Shown here in pieces: positions 8,214 through 17,652 of a stretch of 64,000 nt of DNA. How positions within the stretch are numbered: the first letter of the stretch is position 1; each line of letters starts with the position of its first letter. The position numbers and the translations under genes were made by a program. This DNA comes from an uncultured bacterium. Its GTDB lineage: Bacteria; Patescibacteriota; Minisyncoccia; Phycocordibacterales; DATDWN01. The notes under the pieces are model-generated. The model saw nothing but the letters and a program-made list of their open reading frames with translations, ran no database searches and was not told the origin of the DNA. The stretch is from the NCBI GenBank assembly GCA_903861205.1, contig CAIOTC010000022.1, forward strand, positions 25 through 64,024. Direction: 5' to 3'.

Positions 8214-10016
8214 CTAGTTCGTCTGCATTGTCACGCTGGTTGACTGCCAATCCCCCGAAATCGTCACCGGAACATCCTGGTTCGCGTAGCCGGTTTTGGA
8301 GAGGTGCATGGTGTAAGAGCCGGAAGCAAGGGCCGAAAAAGAAACTTGGCCGGGCGGAGTGCAGGAAAGAGTGTAGGTGAAAGAAATGTTGGAAATGTTC
8401 GGTGCCGTGATAGTGGAAGTTGTATCCAAAAACAATTTGTACCGCAAAAATCTGTTGCCGTTGTTGGTCGAACTGATATTTTTGTTGGCGTTGGTGTAAT
8501 ACGTACCCGCCGTGCCATCCGGCCCGGTGAAATTCCAGGTGGCGCCGTCGTTGTTTGTGGCAATTTGCAAGCGCACGGTCGATCCGACCGGCTCGTCAGT
8601 CGGCGTCCAATCAATTCCCTGGAAATTGCTTTGCGCTCCGGTGTCAAATGACGACGAAATCAAACTGCCGCTTGAAACATAATCTCCGAAAACTTTTTTG
8701 AGAGTGACATCTCCGACCGGACTGGCCGTTTCCATGTTTCCATCGGATGAAAAATATTTCGTTTTGTCCGTCGATGTCGCCTGTCCCCCTCCGCCGGACC
8801 AATCCGTTTGTCCGAGAAATCCTTGACCGGTAATTTTAATGGAATCGTACCCGGCCTTGGTCAAATCGACGGAAACGCCGGAAAGCGGAAGCCCCGTCAC
8901 ACCATCTTTGACCGTCACCAGAAGAGTTTTTGGATTTTTGGGCGCGACAATGAGCGAAACGGCTTGGGTACTGTTCGGAGCCAGAGTTACCGGCGAGAGC
9001 GGATTAAGACCGATGAAATCATAGGCCGTATCGATGTTTGTAATAGTGTAAGTGTCCCATTCCATGCCGGAGAGAGTTAGCAAGCCACTTCCATTTGTCA
9101 CTTTGTTCTGATTATATTTCGGCACGACAGGATTAAGGCCGACATTTTTGCTGCTCAAAAGGGTAAAATCGATTGTTCCTACATTCGCGCAAGTGTCGGA
9201 AAGAGATGAAAAAGAAAAAGTGGCCAAGCGATCAATGGCGAAGCTGACCTGGGTAACCTGGCCTCGCAAAACTGTGGCATGCGGTTTGGTCGGATGAGGA
9301 TTGTTTTGAACGGCCTGATATGTTTTGTCCGTCGAGTAACCGGATTTGGTCACGGTGATTTCGTAAGCATTCCCACCGGGCGGAACGTCAACGATTTGGA
9401 GCATGCCGGCGGAATTGGTCACGTCGTCAACGACAATGTGCGGAGAAATCAGATTGTTCTCGATGTGCACGGCCGCGTCCGGCAGGACCACGCCGTTGGC
9501 GTCAAAAACTTTGACGAACAGCGCGCCATTCGACGAGGAATTTTCCAAACTTTTCGGAGCGACGCGGGTGGTCACAATCATCGGATTAAAATTTTTGCAG
9601 GTGGCACAGGAAATTTCGATTTCCACCGTTTTAAAATCGGCCGGCGCGGTATCGTTTGGCGTGCCACCGAGCGTGCCGTCGAACGGATCATCCACATTGC
9701 GCACAGTGGTCATGACAGAAAAAGTTTCCGCACCGCGATTCAAACTCTGAATGTGCGTCAATGTGCCGGAAGGAATACCGCCGGAAATACCGACGCTGGC
9801 ATACGGCATATTGCGAACAATTTCTAACTGCTCGTTGACCAAATCGATGGCGTCGATTTTAGCCCGACTAACAGAAACCACATTGAAAATGGAAGTGTAG
9901 GCGTTGTAAACCGCCACGACGATAACAGTAAAAACAGCAACACCGACGATAAGCTCCACCAGAGTAAAACCTAGGGAAAATTTTTTGTTGTGGTGATTGT
10001 TAAGTTTTCTTGACAT
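8214..10016 (-). CDS. Large type IV minor pilin with carboxypeptidase-regulatory-like beta domains
   Basis: LG/FTLVELIV motif; repeated YEITVTKSGY, DLTKAGY and LSKTGY segments. Confidence 0.82.
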   Translation of the reverse strand: MSRKLNNHHNKKFSLGFTLVELIVGVAVFTVIVVAVYNAYTSIFNVVSVSRAKIDAIDLVNEQLEIVRNMPYASVGISGGIPSGTLTHIQSLNRGAETFSVMTTVRNVDDPFDGTLGGTPNDTAPADFKTVEIEISCATCKNFNPMIVTTRVAPKSLENSSSNGALFVKVFDANGVVLPDAAVHIENNLISPHIVVDDVTNSAGMLQIVDVPPGGNAYEITVTKSGYSTDKTYQAVQNNPHPTKPHATVLRGQVTQVSFAIDRLATFSFSSLSDTCANVGTIDFTLLSSKNVGLNPVVPKYNQNKVTNGSGLLTLSGMEWDTYTITNIDTAYDFIGLNPLSPVTLAPNSTQAVSLIVAPKNPKTLLVTVKDGVTGLPLSGVSVDLTKAGYDSIKITGQGFLGQTDWSGGGGQATSTDKTKYFSSDGNMETASPVGDVTLKKVFGDYVSSGSLISSSFDTGAQSNFQGIDWTPTDEPVGSTVRLQIATNNDGATWNFTGPDGTAGTYYTNANKNISSTNNGNRFLRYKLFLDTTSTITAPNISNISFTYTLSCTPPGQVSFSALASGSYTMHLSKTGYANQDVPVTISGDWQSTSVTMQTN

Positions 10017-10112
10017 AAAATTTTCAATTTCCAATAAATGAATCAATTATCCAATTGAACAATTGATTCATTGGGAAATTCATTGGAAATTGGAAATTGT
10101 TACTTGAAAATT
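10017..10112. repeat. Gene-less CAATTT(T/C) periodic inverted-repeat cassette
   Basis: AATTTTCAATTTCCAAT...AATGAATCAATT / AATTGATTCATT...GGAAATTGGAAATTG...TTGAAAATT. Confidence 0.82.
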
Positions 10113-10128
10113 ATTTTGAGTTTGCATT

Positions 10129-11346
10129 TTACAAGGCATCCGCCAATGAATACGTCGGTCCCAACATCGATATCGCAAACACCCCCACCGCCGCGCCGAT
10201 AATAATCATCAGGACCGGCTCGATAATCGACGACATATCTTTCGTTTTCTGATCAACTTCATCCTCGTAAAATGTAGCCACGCCCAGAAGCATTTCCCCT
10301 ATTTTACCCGTCTCCTCGCCAACGGAAACCATTTCGCCGACAAAAAGCGGATACAATTTTTCATGCTTTACGAATATTGCCGAAATTTGTTCGCCTTTCT
10401 GAATAGCCACTTCGATTTCGTTCAGCACGTCTTTGTAGTAGGAATTTTGAACGACGTCCTTTGTCACGCCGATGGCAATAACAATATCAACGCCGGACGA
10501 AAGAAGCGACGAGAGCGTCCGAGCGGTGCGAGCCGAGTTAATCTGCTGAGTTATTTCGCCGATGACAGGCGTGCGCAAAAGTATCGTGTCCCAAATTCTC
10601 TGGCCCAGCGTTGTGCGCAAACCCCAGATGACAAACATGACCAAAGCAACAACTCCGACAGCCACAAACAGAAAGTAATTTTTCAAAAAATCGCTCATGG
10701 CAATAATAATGCGTGTCGAGAGCGGCAAGGCCACCCCAAGTCCTTTGAAAGTGGATGTCAGTGTCGGCACCATGTAAATCATCATCAGCACGCCGATGAC
10801 CAGCATGAGCGAAAAAATAACCGCCGGATACATCATAGCACCGCGGATTTTTTTGGTCAGCTGGTACGACTTTTCCATCTGATTGCTGACGTTTCGCAAG
10901 GCCAGCACCAGATTGCCGGATTCCTCGCCAGCCCGAACCATCGAAACGAAAAGGGTGTTGAAAACGTTCGGATATTTTTTCATGGCGTCCGAAAGCGTCT
11001 CGCCTTTGGAAAGCGAATCATTCAAATCATGCAAAATATTTTTCAACTTCCCTTTCTTGGCCTGACGCTCCATGATAGAAAGTCCGCGAGTGATGGGAAG
11101 CCCGGCGTCAATCATCTGCCCGAGGTTTCTGGAAAAAGTGATTTTGTCGTGCGCTTTGACACCGCCGAGAAAAGGAAAAAGATTGTTCAAAGAAAAATTA
11201 TTCCCATCTTTGGCCTCTGTCGCCGAGACAACGGTACTGCCATCTTTTTTGAGCAAATGATACAGCTCGAATTTATCCTTGGCATCCATTACGCCTTCAA
11301 TATTTTTCCCCTCTTTATCTATGGCTTTGTAGTTGAAAATTGTCAT
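10129..11346 (-). CDS. pilC: Type IV pilus platform protein (GspF/PilC family)
   Basis: Two GspF repeats (AGEESGNL, VGEETGKI), AMMYP, IIEP. Confidence 0.93.
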   Translation of the reverse strand: MTIFNYKAIDKEGKNIEGVMDAKDKFELYHLLKKDGSTVVSATEAKDGNNFSLNNLFPFLGGVKAHDKITFSRNLGQMIDAGLPITRGLSIMERQAKKGKLKNILHDLNDSLSKGETLSDAMKKYPNVFNTLFVSMVRAGEESGNLVLALRNVSNQMEKSYQLTKKIRGAMMYPAVIFSLMLVIGVLMMIYMVPTLTSTFKGLGVALPLSTRIIIAMSDFLKNYFLFVAVGVVALVMFVIWGLRTTLGQRIWDTILLRTPVIGEITQQINSARTARTLSSLLSSGVDIVIAIGVTKDVVQNSYYKDVLNEIEVAIQKGEQISAIFVKHEKLYPLFVGEMVSVGEETGKIGEMLLGVATFYEDEVDQKTKDMSSIIEPVLMIIIGAAVGVFAISMLGPTYSLADAL

Positions 11347-11350
11347 TTAT

Positions 11351-11926
11351 TTATTTTTTAACGACAAACCCAATCGGATTTTTTCGTGATTCCGACGGAA
11401 TTTTTCTAATTTTATTAATTTCGTCAACCAAAAATCCTATTATCGAGGAATGTTTTTTTTGAGCATTTTCAACTCTTTCCATTCTGTTTGCTAAATCCTT
11501 ATTACCAGCAATCATCTCTCGCAATTTAACAAAAGCTCTAATTATCAAAATGTTCATTTGCACAGCCTGTTTGCTTTTTAAAACAGAAGAAAGCATGGCG
11601 ACTCCGTGTTCGGTAAAAACATATGGTAAATAACGACGACCACCATAACTTGAGGTTGCAAATTGTAACCTCAAGTTTGAGGTCATAATTTGTGACTTCC
11701 AATTTTCAGATTCTTCCTTGGTAAGTTGAAACATAAAATCTTTTGGGAAACGGTCCTTATTGCGACGTACAGCCAAATTCAAGTTTTTTGTAAGCACCTG
11801 ATACAACTCTGCCAAATCAGAGTCAAACATCACTTTTTCTCCACGAATCAAATAAATCTGACGTTCAACACGTTCAAGCGGAATTAAATTTTTACTGTCA
11901 ACTTTTTTCTTTTGAGCAAGCTTCAT
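11351..11926 (-). CDS. ORF6N (KilA-N-like) DNA-binding protein
   Basis: IRGEKVMFDSDLAELY, RFPKDFMFQL, PYVFTEHGVAMLSSVL. Confidence 0.9.
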   Translation of the reverse strand: MKLAQKKKVDSKNLIPLERVERQIYLIRGEKVMFDSDLAELYQVLTKNLNLAVRRNKDRFPKDFMFQLTKEESENWKSQIMTSNLRLQFATSSYGGRRYLPYVFTEHGVAMLSSVLKSKQAVQMNILIIRAFVKLREMIAGNKDLANRMERVENAQKKHSSIIGFLVDEINKIRKIPSESRKNPIGFVVKK

Positions 11927-12125
11927 ATTCACTATAATTGTATCAAAAAATATTTTATTTTTCACAAAATATGTGCACAAGAAATTTTTTTTGAAAACAA
12001 AAAAGCCCTCCGGTGAAGGATAGGCGTGTGTACATCTGTACACTGGTTCGTGGGTCTGCCACTTGGTTACTGCTGACTGGTTAAGAAGAAGTGCTACGCA
12101 ATCGTACTACGGAAGGGTTGGCAAG

Positions 12126-12332
12126 TTAGAGTAGATGGATCGGCAATTCCGATATGTTGTCGGAGTTGCAATCCGGGCATTCGACGGGAACTTTTCCGCC
12201 ACCACCGATATGCCGGCATTCATCACATCTTATTCCCAATTTCTTTTCCATCATTGTCGCGCAATCGAATTCATCACTGCACAATGGGCAAGGAACAAAA
12301 ATAAACTTTTTGTCATTGCACGTTTTACACAT
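12126..12332 (-). CDS. Small Cys-rich (4x CxxC) putative zinc-binding protein
   Basis: CKTC, CPLC, CDEC, CPDC; GAGGAG RBS; TTGACA...TATAAT promoter upstream. Confidence 0.7.
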   Translation of the reverse strand: MCKTCNDKKFIFVPCPLCSDEFDCATMMEKKLGIRCDECRHIGGGGKVPVECPDCNSDNISELPIHLL

Positions 12333-12455
12333 ACTTTCTCCTCTTTTCAGTGAACTTTCCGGGAATCTGCCGGATCAGAATTCTGCTACTATTATACACC
12401 AAAAGATACCATCTTGTCAAGCAAAGTGGTTAAATATGGCTATAAATAAGGGTTT

Positions 12456-12716
12456 TTATCTGTATGAATCGTGGTCTCCCACCGATAATATGGCAACCTC
12501 GTCTTTTGACATGTATTGAAAAACAATTCTGATCTTGTAGTTCACGGAAAAACTGAAACAGCCGGAAAATTTTCCATGCAGTTTATGAACTTTCAAATAT
12601 TCGTGGTTTTTTTCATTTTCAAACAGATCGATCTTCTCCAAAATCTCCTCTTTCAAAGACGGCTCAATTTTCTTTAGCTGCTTTAGGAAGCTGGGCGCAT
12701 ATATGAACTTTATCAT
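12456..12716 (-). CDS. RelE/YafQ-like type II toxin
   Basis: LKVHKLHGK...SFSVNYKIRIVF...VGDHD. Confidence 0.85.
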   Translation of the reverse strand: MIKFIYAPSFLKQLKKIEPSLKEEILEKIDLFENEKNHEYLKVHKLHGKFSGCFSFSVNYKIRIVFQYMSKDEVAILSVGDHDSYR

Positions 12717-12934
12717 TTTATTTTTTTCAAGAGACTGCGGAGATCACCTTTCAAGCCTTTTCCGAGAGTGATTTCCCTCTGGGCACGCAAAACAGCCTCG
12801 ACAACTTCGTCTTCCTCGAGTCGCCTGATGGCTTTGCGCACAACGTCAGCTTTGTTGGCCGCTCGTCCTTCCTTCACCATTTTATTTATGAAATTTTCCA
12901 ATTCGCCTGAAATGGGCACTGATAATGTGGTCAT
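12713..12934 (-). CDS. Ribbon-helix-helix antitoxin
   Basis: MTTLSVPI...NKADVVRKAIRRL; 4-nt overlap with the toxin gene. Confidence 0.8.
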   Translation of the reverse strand: MTTLSVPISGELENFINKMVKEGRAANKADVVRKAIRRLEEDEVVEAVLRAQREITLGKGLKGDLRSLLKKIK

Positions 12935-13032
12935 GGTTTTATTTAGGCGAACATTTTGTAGTCAAAATGTTTTAGCCGGTATTATATTATAATATGATAT
13001 TATCATACATTACCATGAAATCAAAGTGAAAA

Positions 13033-13074
13033 AATCCCTCGGCTTTCGGCCACTCCCTTTAAGAAAGGGAGATT
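13033..13074. repeat. Short double hairpin (REP-like)
   Basis: GGC-TTTCG-GCC and CTCCCTTT-AAG-AAAGGGAG-like arms; single copy in window. Confidence 0.35.
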
Positions 13075-13093
13075 CTAAATCAAATTTGGAAGT

Positions 13094-14848
13094 TTACTCT
13101 GACGCTACTCTCAAAACTTCTTCAATAGTTGTAGATCCCTGCACTGCCTGGAAAATGCCATCCTCGATCATGGTCAGCATACCTTCGGCTTCGGCTTGTT
13201 TTTGAATGGCGTCGGTTGTGCCGTCCTTTAAAATGACTTCCTTAATAGCCGGGGAAACTTTCATTATTTCGTGAATGCAAGCGCGACCGCTATACCCTTC
13301 CTCCGAGGCGGCACCTTTTTTCGGTCGCCAGAACGGCACCTTGTCCCAGGTGTCGGATTTGCCGACGATTTTTTCTTCCTGCAGAGCTTTCAAAATTTTG
13401 TCCATGTTGGCCGATTTGCCGAGAGTGGCCAGTTCAGGTTTTGTCAGGAAATATTTTTCCTTTTGGTCGGAAAGTTTTCGAACCAGTCGCTGGCCGATGA
13501 TGATATTTATGGTTGAAACGATGAGGAACGGTTCGACTTTCATATCCATCAGTCGCGGTACAGCGCCGGCGGCCGAGTTAGTGTGCAAAGTGGAGAGGAC
13601 GACGTGGCCGGTCAGCGAAGCGTTGATGGCGAGAGAGGCCGTTTCGTTGTCGCGAATTTCACCGACCATAATAATGTCCGGATCCTGGCGAACCAGCGTG
13701 CGCAATCCGTTGGCAAATGTCAAACCAATTTCCGAGCGAACTTGCGTTTGGTTGATGCGCTTCATTTGGTACTCGATCGGATCCTCGACGGTCGAAATGT
13801 TAACGTCCGGTGTATTGAGAATGTCGAGCACAGTATATAGTGTGGTCGTTTTTCCGGAACCAGTCGGGCCGGTGGTCAAAATCATGCCGGTCGTGGACTT
13901 GAGCGCGCGGTGAATTCGCTCGAGACCTTCGCCGTGAAAGCCAAGAACTTCCAGGGTGAAATTGGAAACATTCTCGCGAAGCAAACGCATGACAGTTTTT
14001 TCGCCGTAATACGTAGGCAATGTCGAAACGCGAAAGGAAACTTTTTCGCCGTTCATGTCGATTTTGAAACGGCCATCCTGTGGCAAGCGTTTTTCGTCGA
14101 GTTTGAGCGCGGAAAGAACTTTGATGCGCGCGGTAATCGAGGCGGCCGTGTTTTTCGGCAAAATCATGGCGTCGTGAAGCAAACCGTCGATGCGATAGCG
14201 CACCAAAAGCTCCTGCTCCTGCGGTTCGATGTGAATATCGGAAGCGTTTTGCAAAATGGCGTGTTTCAAAAGTGTGTCGACAATACGCACCACCGGCACG
14301 TCGTCGGCCAATTTTTTCAAATCATCTTCGGAAACATCCTCACCATCACCCGCGTCAGGAATGCTTTGAAGTTGGACAGCATCTTTGGCAATGAGATCAC
14401 CGAACTCGGCTTTGAGCGATTTTTGATACTGGAGCAGAACGCTTTTCATCGACTCGCCGTCGGTGAGCCTCGGCAAAATTTTCAAGCCGACTTTCTTTTT
14501 GATGAAATCGATGGCCGTCAAATCCTCGGTGTCGAGCATGGCTACCTCGAGCGCCGTGTCTGTTTTTTTGAAAGCAATGATGTTGTGGTTGCGGGCAATC
14601 GGTTCGGGCACAAGCGAGAGAACTTCGAACGGAATTTTTTCCGTTTTCAAATCGACAAAAGGAATGCCGAGAATGTAAGCTTGCATCCGGCGCAAATCGT
14701 CCTCGGTCAGTTTTCCACCATTGACCAAAATTTTGCCGATCCCCTCACCCGTTTTCTCGTGATCCTTTTCGGCCAGCGTCACATCCGCCCGAGAAACAAG
14801 ACCCGAGTCCAAAATAAAATCCCTAAGTTGTGATTCTTCAATGTGCAT
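13094..14848 (-). CDS. pilB: Type IV pilus assembly ATPase (GspE/PilB)
   Basis: ASDIHIEP, RLPQDGR, GPTGSGKT, RQDPDIIMVGEIRD, GHVVLSTLHTN. Confidence 0.95.
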   Translation of the reverse strand: MHIEESQLRDFILDSGLVSRADVTLAEKDHEKTGEGIGKILVNGGKLTEDDLRRMQAYILGIPFVDLKTEKIPFEVLSLVPEPIARNHNIIAFKKTDTALEVAMLDTEDLTAIDFIKKKVGLKILPRLTDGESMKSVLLQYQKSLKAEFGDLIAKDAVQLQSIPDAGDGEDVSEDDLKKLADDVPVVRIVDTLLKHAILQNASDIHIEPQEQELLVRYRIDGLLHDAMILPKNTAASITARIKVLSALKLDEKRLPQDGRFKIDMNGEKVSFRVSTLPTYYGEKTVMRLLRENVSNFTLEVLGFHGEGLERIHRALKSTTGMILTTGPTGSGKTTTLYTVLDILNTPDVNISTVEDPIEYQMKRINQTQVRSEIGLTFANGLRTLVRQDPDIIMVGEIRDNETASLAINASLTGHVVLSTLHTNSAAGAVPRLMDMKVEPFLIVSTINIIIGQRLVRKLSDQKEKYFLTKPELATLGKSANMDKILKALQEEKIVGKSDTWDKVPFWRPKKGAASEEGYSGRACIHEIMKVSPAIKEVILKDGTTDAIQKQAEAEGMLTMIEDGIFQAVQGSTTIEEVLRVASE

Positions 14849-14890
14849 ACGATACGAAAATTATGCGAATGATACGAATGGCTACGAATA
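14847..14890. repeat. ACGAAT periodic repeat, solo arm
   Basis: Shares AATTATGCGAATGATACGAAT with 16290-16310, and TACGAATGGCTACGAATA (reverse complement) with 40329-40346. Confidence 0.75.
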
Positions 14891-15017
14891 AATACAATAT
14901 AAGTATAACAAAAAAATTTTTATATCACATGAAAAATTGTGCACAAGAAATATAAGATTGACAATCTGACAGAAGGTGTATGATGAATACAGAAATAGTA
15001 CCTTGAAAGGAGAAACG

Positions 15018-16148
15018 ATGCCAAAGAAAAAACTTCGGCTTCTGGACCCGACACTTACGGGCGACAGAGCCAGAGGACTCGGGATTAATTTGCGCAAAAA
15101 GATCATTGGTCAAGACACGGCCATTGACCAAGTCGTGAACGTTTACCAAACTTTTCTGTCGAACATGTCACAACCGGGGAAACCTATTGGAAGTCTTCTT
15201 TTCCTTGGACCGACCGGCACGGGAAAAACGAGAATGGTTGAGGCCGTTGCAGAGAGTTTGTTTGGAGATCCGCGCGCTGTCATAAAAGTTGACTGCGCCG
15301 AATTTCAGCACAGCCACGAAATTGCCAGACTGATTGGCGCTCCCCCGGGATATTTGGGACACAGGGAGACTAAACCATTTTTGAGCCAGGAAGTTATCAA
15401 CCAGTGGCAAACTGATGAAATCAAACTGAGCTTCGTTTTGTTCGACGAGATCGAGAAAGCAAGTGACACTTTGTGGAATTTGCTTTTGGGAATCTTGGAC
15501 AAAGCCACGCTAACCCTCGGCGACAATCGTAATGTGGATTTTTCCCGATGCATGATTTTCATGACAAGCAACTTGGGTTCAAGGGAAATTGATTCTTTTC
15601 TCAGACCGGGATTTGGGTTCGTAAATCAGACGGGCGGAAGCAAACTCGGCGAAAAAATAAAAAGAGCCGGTGAAGAAGCGGCGCGCAAACGGTTTAGTCC
15701 GGAATTCATCAACCGAATCGACAAAACAATCGTTTTCAACTCTCTCGGAAAACCGGAGTTGGAAAAAATTCTTGATTTGGAAATTAGAAATGTCCAAGGC
15801 AGAATACTGACCTCGACGGCGGGTTCAGCTTTTGTCATCAATGTGACCAGAGAAGCCCGAGGTTACTTGCTAGCGGAGGGCACCGATCCCAGATACGGAG
15901 CGCGCAATCTGAAACGGACCATCGAACGAGGAATCGTGCACCCATTGTCAAATCTGATCGCCACAAGCCAAGTCGGTTGCGGAGATTTAGTCCAAATAAG
16001 CTTTGACCCCAAAACATCCGAGATTCTTTTTTCCAAATTGAGCGAGGAAATGTCACCTCGCGAAATAATCCAAGCCGTCGACTATGAAGTGACCGACGAA
16101 GAATATCGCGCGGTTACCGCCTCAATGAGCAAGGCAGTATCGAGATGA
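15018..16148 (+). CDS. Stand-alone ClpA/ClpB-type second AAA+ module
   Basis: FLGPTGTGKT, RLIGAPPGY, LFDEIEKA, IFMTSNLG, PEFINRID, YGARNLKR; no N-domain or first NBD; AAGGAG RBS. Confidence 0.88.
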   Translation: MPKKKLRLLDPTLTGDRARGLGINLRKKIIGQDTAIDQVVNVYQTFLSNMSQPGKPIGSLLFLGPTGTGKTRMVEAVAESLFGDPRAVIKVDCAEFQHSHEIARLIGAPPGYLGHRETKPFLSQEVINQWQTDEIKLSFVLFDEIEKASDTLWNLLLGILDKATLTLGDNRNVDFSRCMIFMTSNLGSREIDSFLRPGFGFVNQTGGSKLGEKIKRAGEEAARKRFSPEFINRIDKTIVFNSLGKPELEKILDLEIRNVQGRILTSTAGSAFVINVTREARGYLLAEGTDPRYGARNLKRTIERGIVHPLSNLIATSQVGCGDLVQISFDPKTSEILFSKLSEEMSPREIIQAVDYEVTDEEYRAVTASMSKAVSR

Positions 16149-16198
16149 AATTAGTTTGAATCGTTACCGGTCCGCCGATAACGATTTTTTTTGCATGC

Positions 16199-16267
16199 TT
16201 GACAAGAATTGGACAGAGATGATAATATAGTGTTATTGAAGTTCGCCCCACGGCGGACTCATTTTTT
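16199..16267 (+). promoter_or_regulatory. nusA promoter plus leader hairpin/U-tract (possible attenuator)
   Basis: TTGACA at 16199, TAATAT at 16223; AGTTCGCC-CCAC-GGCGGACT followed by CATTTTTT. Confidence 0.5.
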
Positions 16268-16276
16268 AAGATAAAC

Positions 16277-16384
16277 ATACGAATCTACGAATTATGCGAA
16301 TGATACGAATAACAACGAATATTAAAAATCAAACGCATTTAATTCGTTGCCATTCGTAGATTGGTATTTATTCGTTAATTCGTA
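16277..16384. repeat. ACGAAT periodic inverted-repeat cassette, gene-less
   Basis: Five RCGAAT units followed by four ATTCGT units. Confidence 0.8.
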
Positions 16385-16390
16385 ACTATT

Positions 16391-17542
16391 ATGTTAGATC
16401 TCAAAGTTATCAACTCCGTGTTGACTCAGCTCGAGGAGGAGCGCGGAATACCGCAGGAGAAAATTCTCGAAGCGATCGAGCTGGCTTTGGCCACTGCTTA
16501 CAAAAAAGAGTACGGCAAAAAAGGCCAGATTATTCGCGCTAAATTCGATTTGAACTCCGGCAAAACGGAAATGTTCCAGGTCAAAGTTGTTGTCGACGAA
16601 ACAACCGTCATCATGGATCCCGAGGAAATCGACAAACTTCCCGAGACAGATGAACGCGAAGTTTACAATCCCGAACATCACATGCTCATCGCTGACGCCA
16701 AACGCATCAAAAAAGATGTCGTGCTCGGCGACGAAATGATCTTCCCTATCGAATCATCCGGCGACTACGGACGCATTGCCGCTCAAACCGCCAAACAAGT
16801 TATCATGCAGAAAATTCGCGAAGCCGAAAAAGTTTCGGTCATGAGCGAATACGGCAAGCGCGAAGGCGAAATTGTCTCGGGCACAGTCCAGAGAATCGAG
16901 CGCGGCAACATTTTCGTCGACATGGGACGAGCCACCGGCTTTCTGCCATACGAAGAGCAAATTCCCGGCGAACGTTTTGCCCAAGGCGAGCGCGTCAGAG
17001 CCTACCTTTTCCGCGTGGAGGAAGGTGGCAAAGGTGTTTTTGTGAGACTCAGTCGATCACATCCGAAATTCCTCGAAAAACTTTTTGAAACAGAAGCACC
17101 GGAAATCGCCAACGGCACCGTCGTGGTCAAATCAATTGCCCGCGAAGCCGGCTCGAGAAGCAAAATCGCTGTCGCCTCTAGTGACTCGCACATCGACCCC
17201 GTCGGCTCAATGGTCGGCCAGCGCGGCGTGCGCGTTTCAACCGTCATGTCCGAACTTGGCGGCGAAAAAATCGATATCATCGAATGGAACGAGGATCCGA
17301 AAAAATTCATTGAGGACGCCTTGTCCCCGGCCAAAGTCCTGTCCGTCAAAATCGACGAGAAGGAAAAACAAGCCGTGGTGGAAGTTTCCGAGGATCAGCA
17401 ATCCCTGGCTATCGGCAAAGGCGGCCAGAACGTTCGCCTGGCGGCCAAACTAACCGGCTGGAAAATCGACATCAAATCGGCCCAGCGGGAAGAAAGAGAG
17501 GTTTCGGTTACGGCAGAAGATGAATACCGAGACGAAGAATAA
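16391..17542 (+). CDS. nusA: Transcription factor NusA
   Basis: GRIAAQTAKQVI, S1 domain, AREAGSRSKIAV, AIGKGGQNVRLAAKLTGWKIDI. Confidence 0.97.
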   Translation: MLDLKVINSVLTQLEEERGIPQEKILEAIELALATAYKKEYGKKGQIIRAKFDLNSGKTEMFQVKVVVDETTVIMDPEEIDKLPETDEREVYNPEHHMLIADAKRIKKDVVLGDEMIFPIESSGDYGRIAAQTAKQVIMQKIREAEKVSVMSEYGKREGEIVSGTVQRIERGNIFVDMGRATGFLPYEEQIPGERFAQGERVRAYLFRVEEGGKGVFVRLSRSHPKFLEKLFETEAPEIANGTVVVKSIAREAGSRSKIAVASSDSHIDPVGSMVGQRGVRVSTVMSELGGEKIDIIEWNEDPKKFIEDALSPAKVLSVKIDEKEKQAVVEVSEDQQSLAIGKGGQNVRLAAKLTGWKIDIKSAQREEREVSVTAEDEYRDEE

Positions 17543-17652
17543 AAGCAAAAACTCCTTCGCCACGGATTACCGCGGCATAAGTGTTCGCAAAGATAACATC
17601 TTTGCTCCCTTATCCACTACTGGCTAGGAGTTTTTTGTTATATACTGGGGGT

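Noticed and set aside
10363-14833. Long plus-strand ORFs (10363-11361, 13910-14833)
   Set aside because: Antisense shadows of pilC and pilB with no motifs
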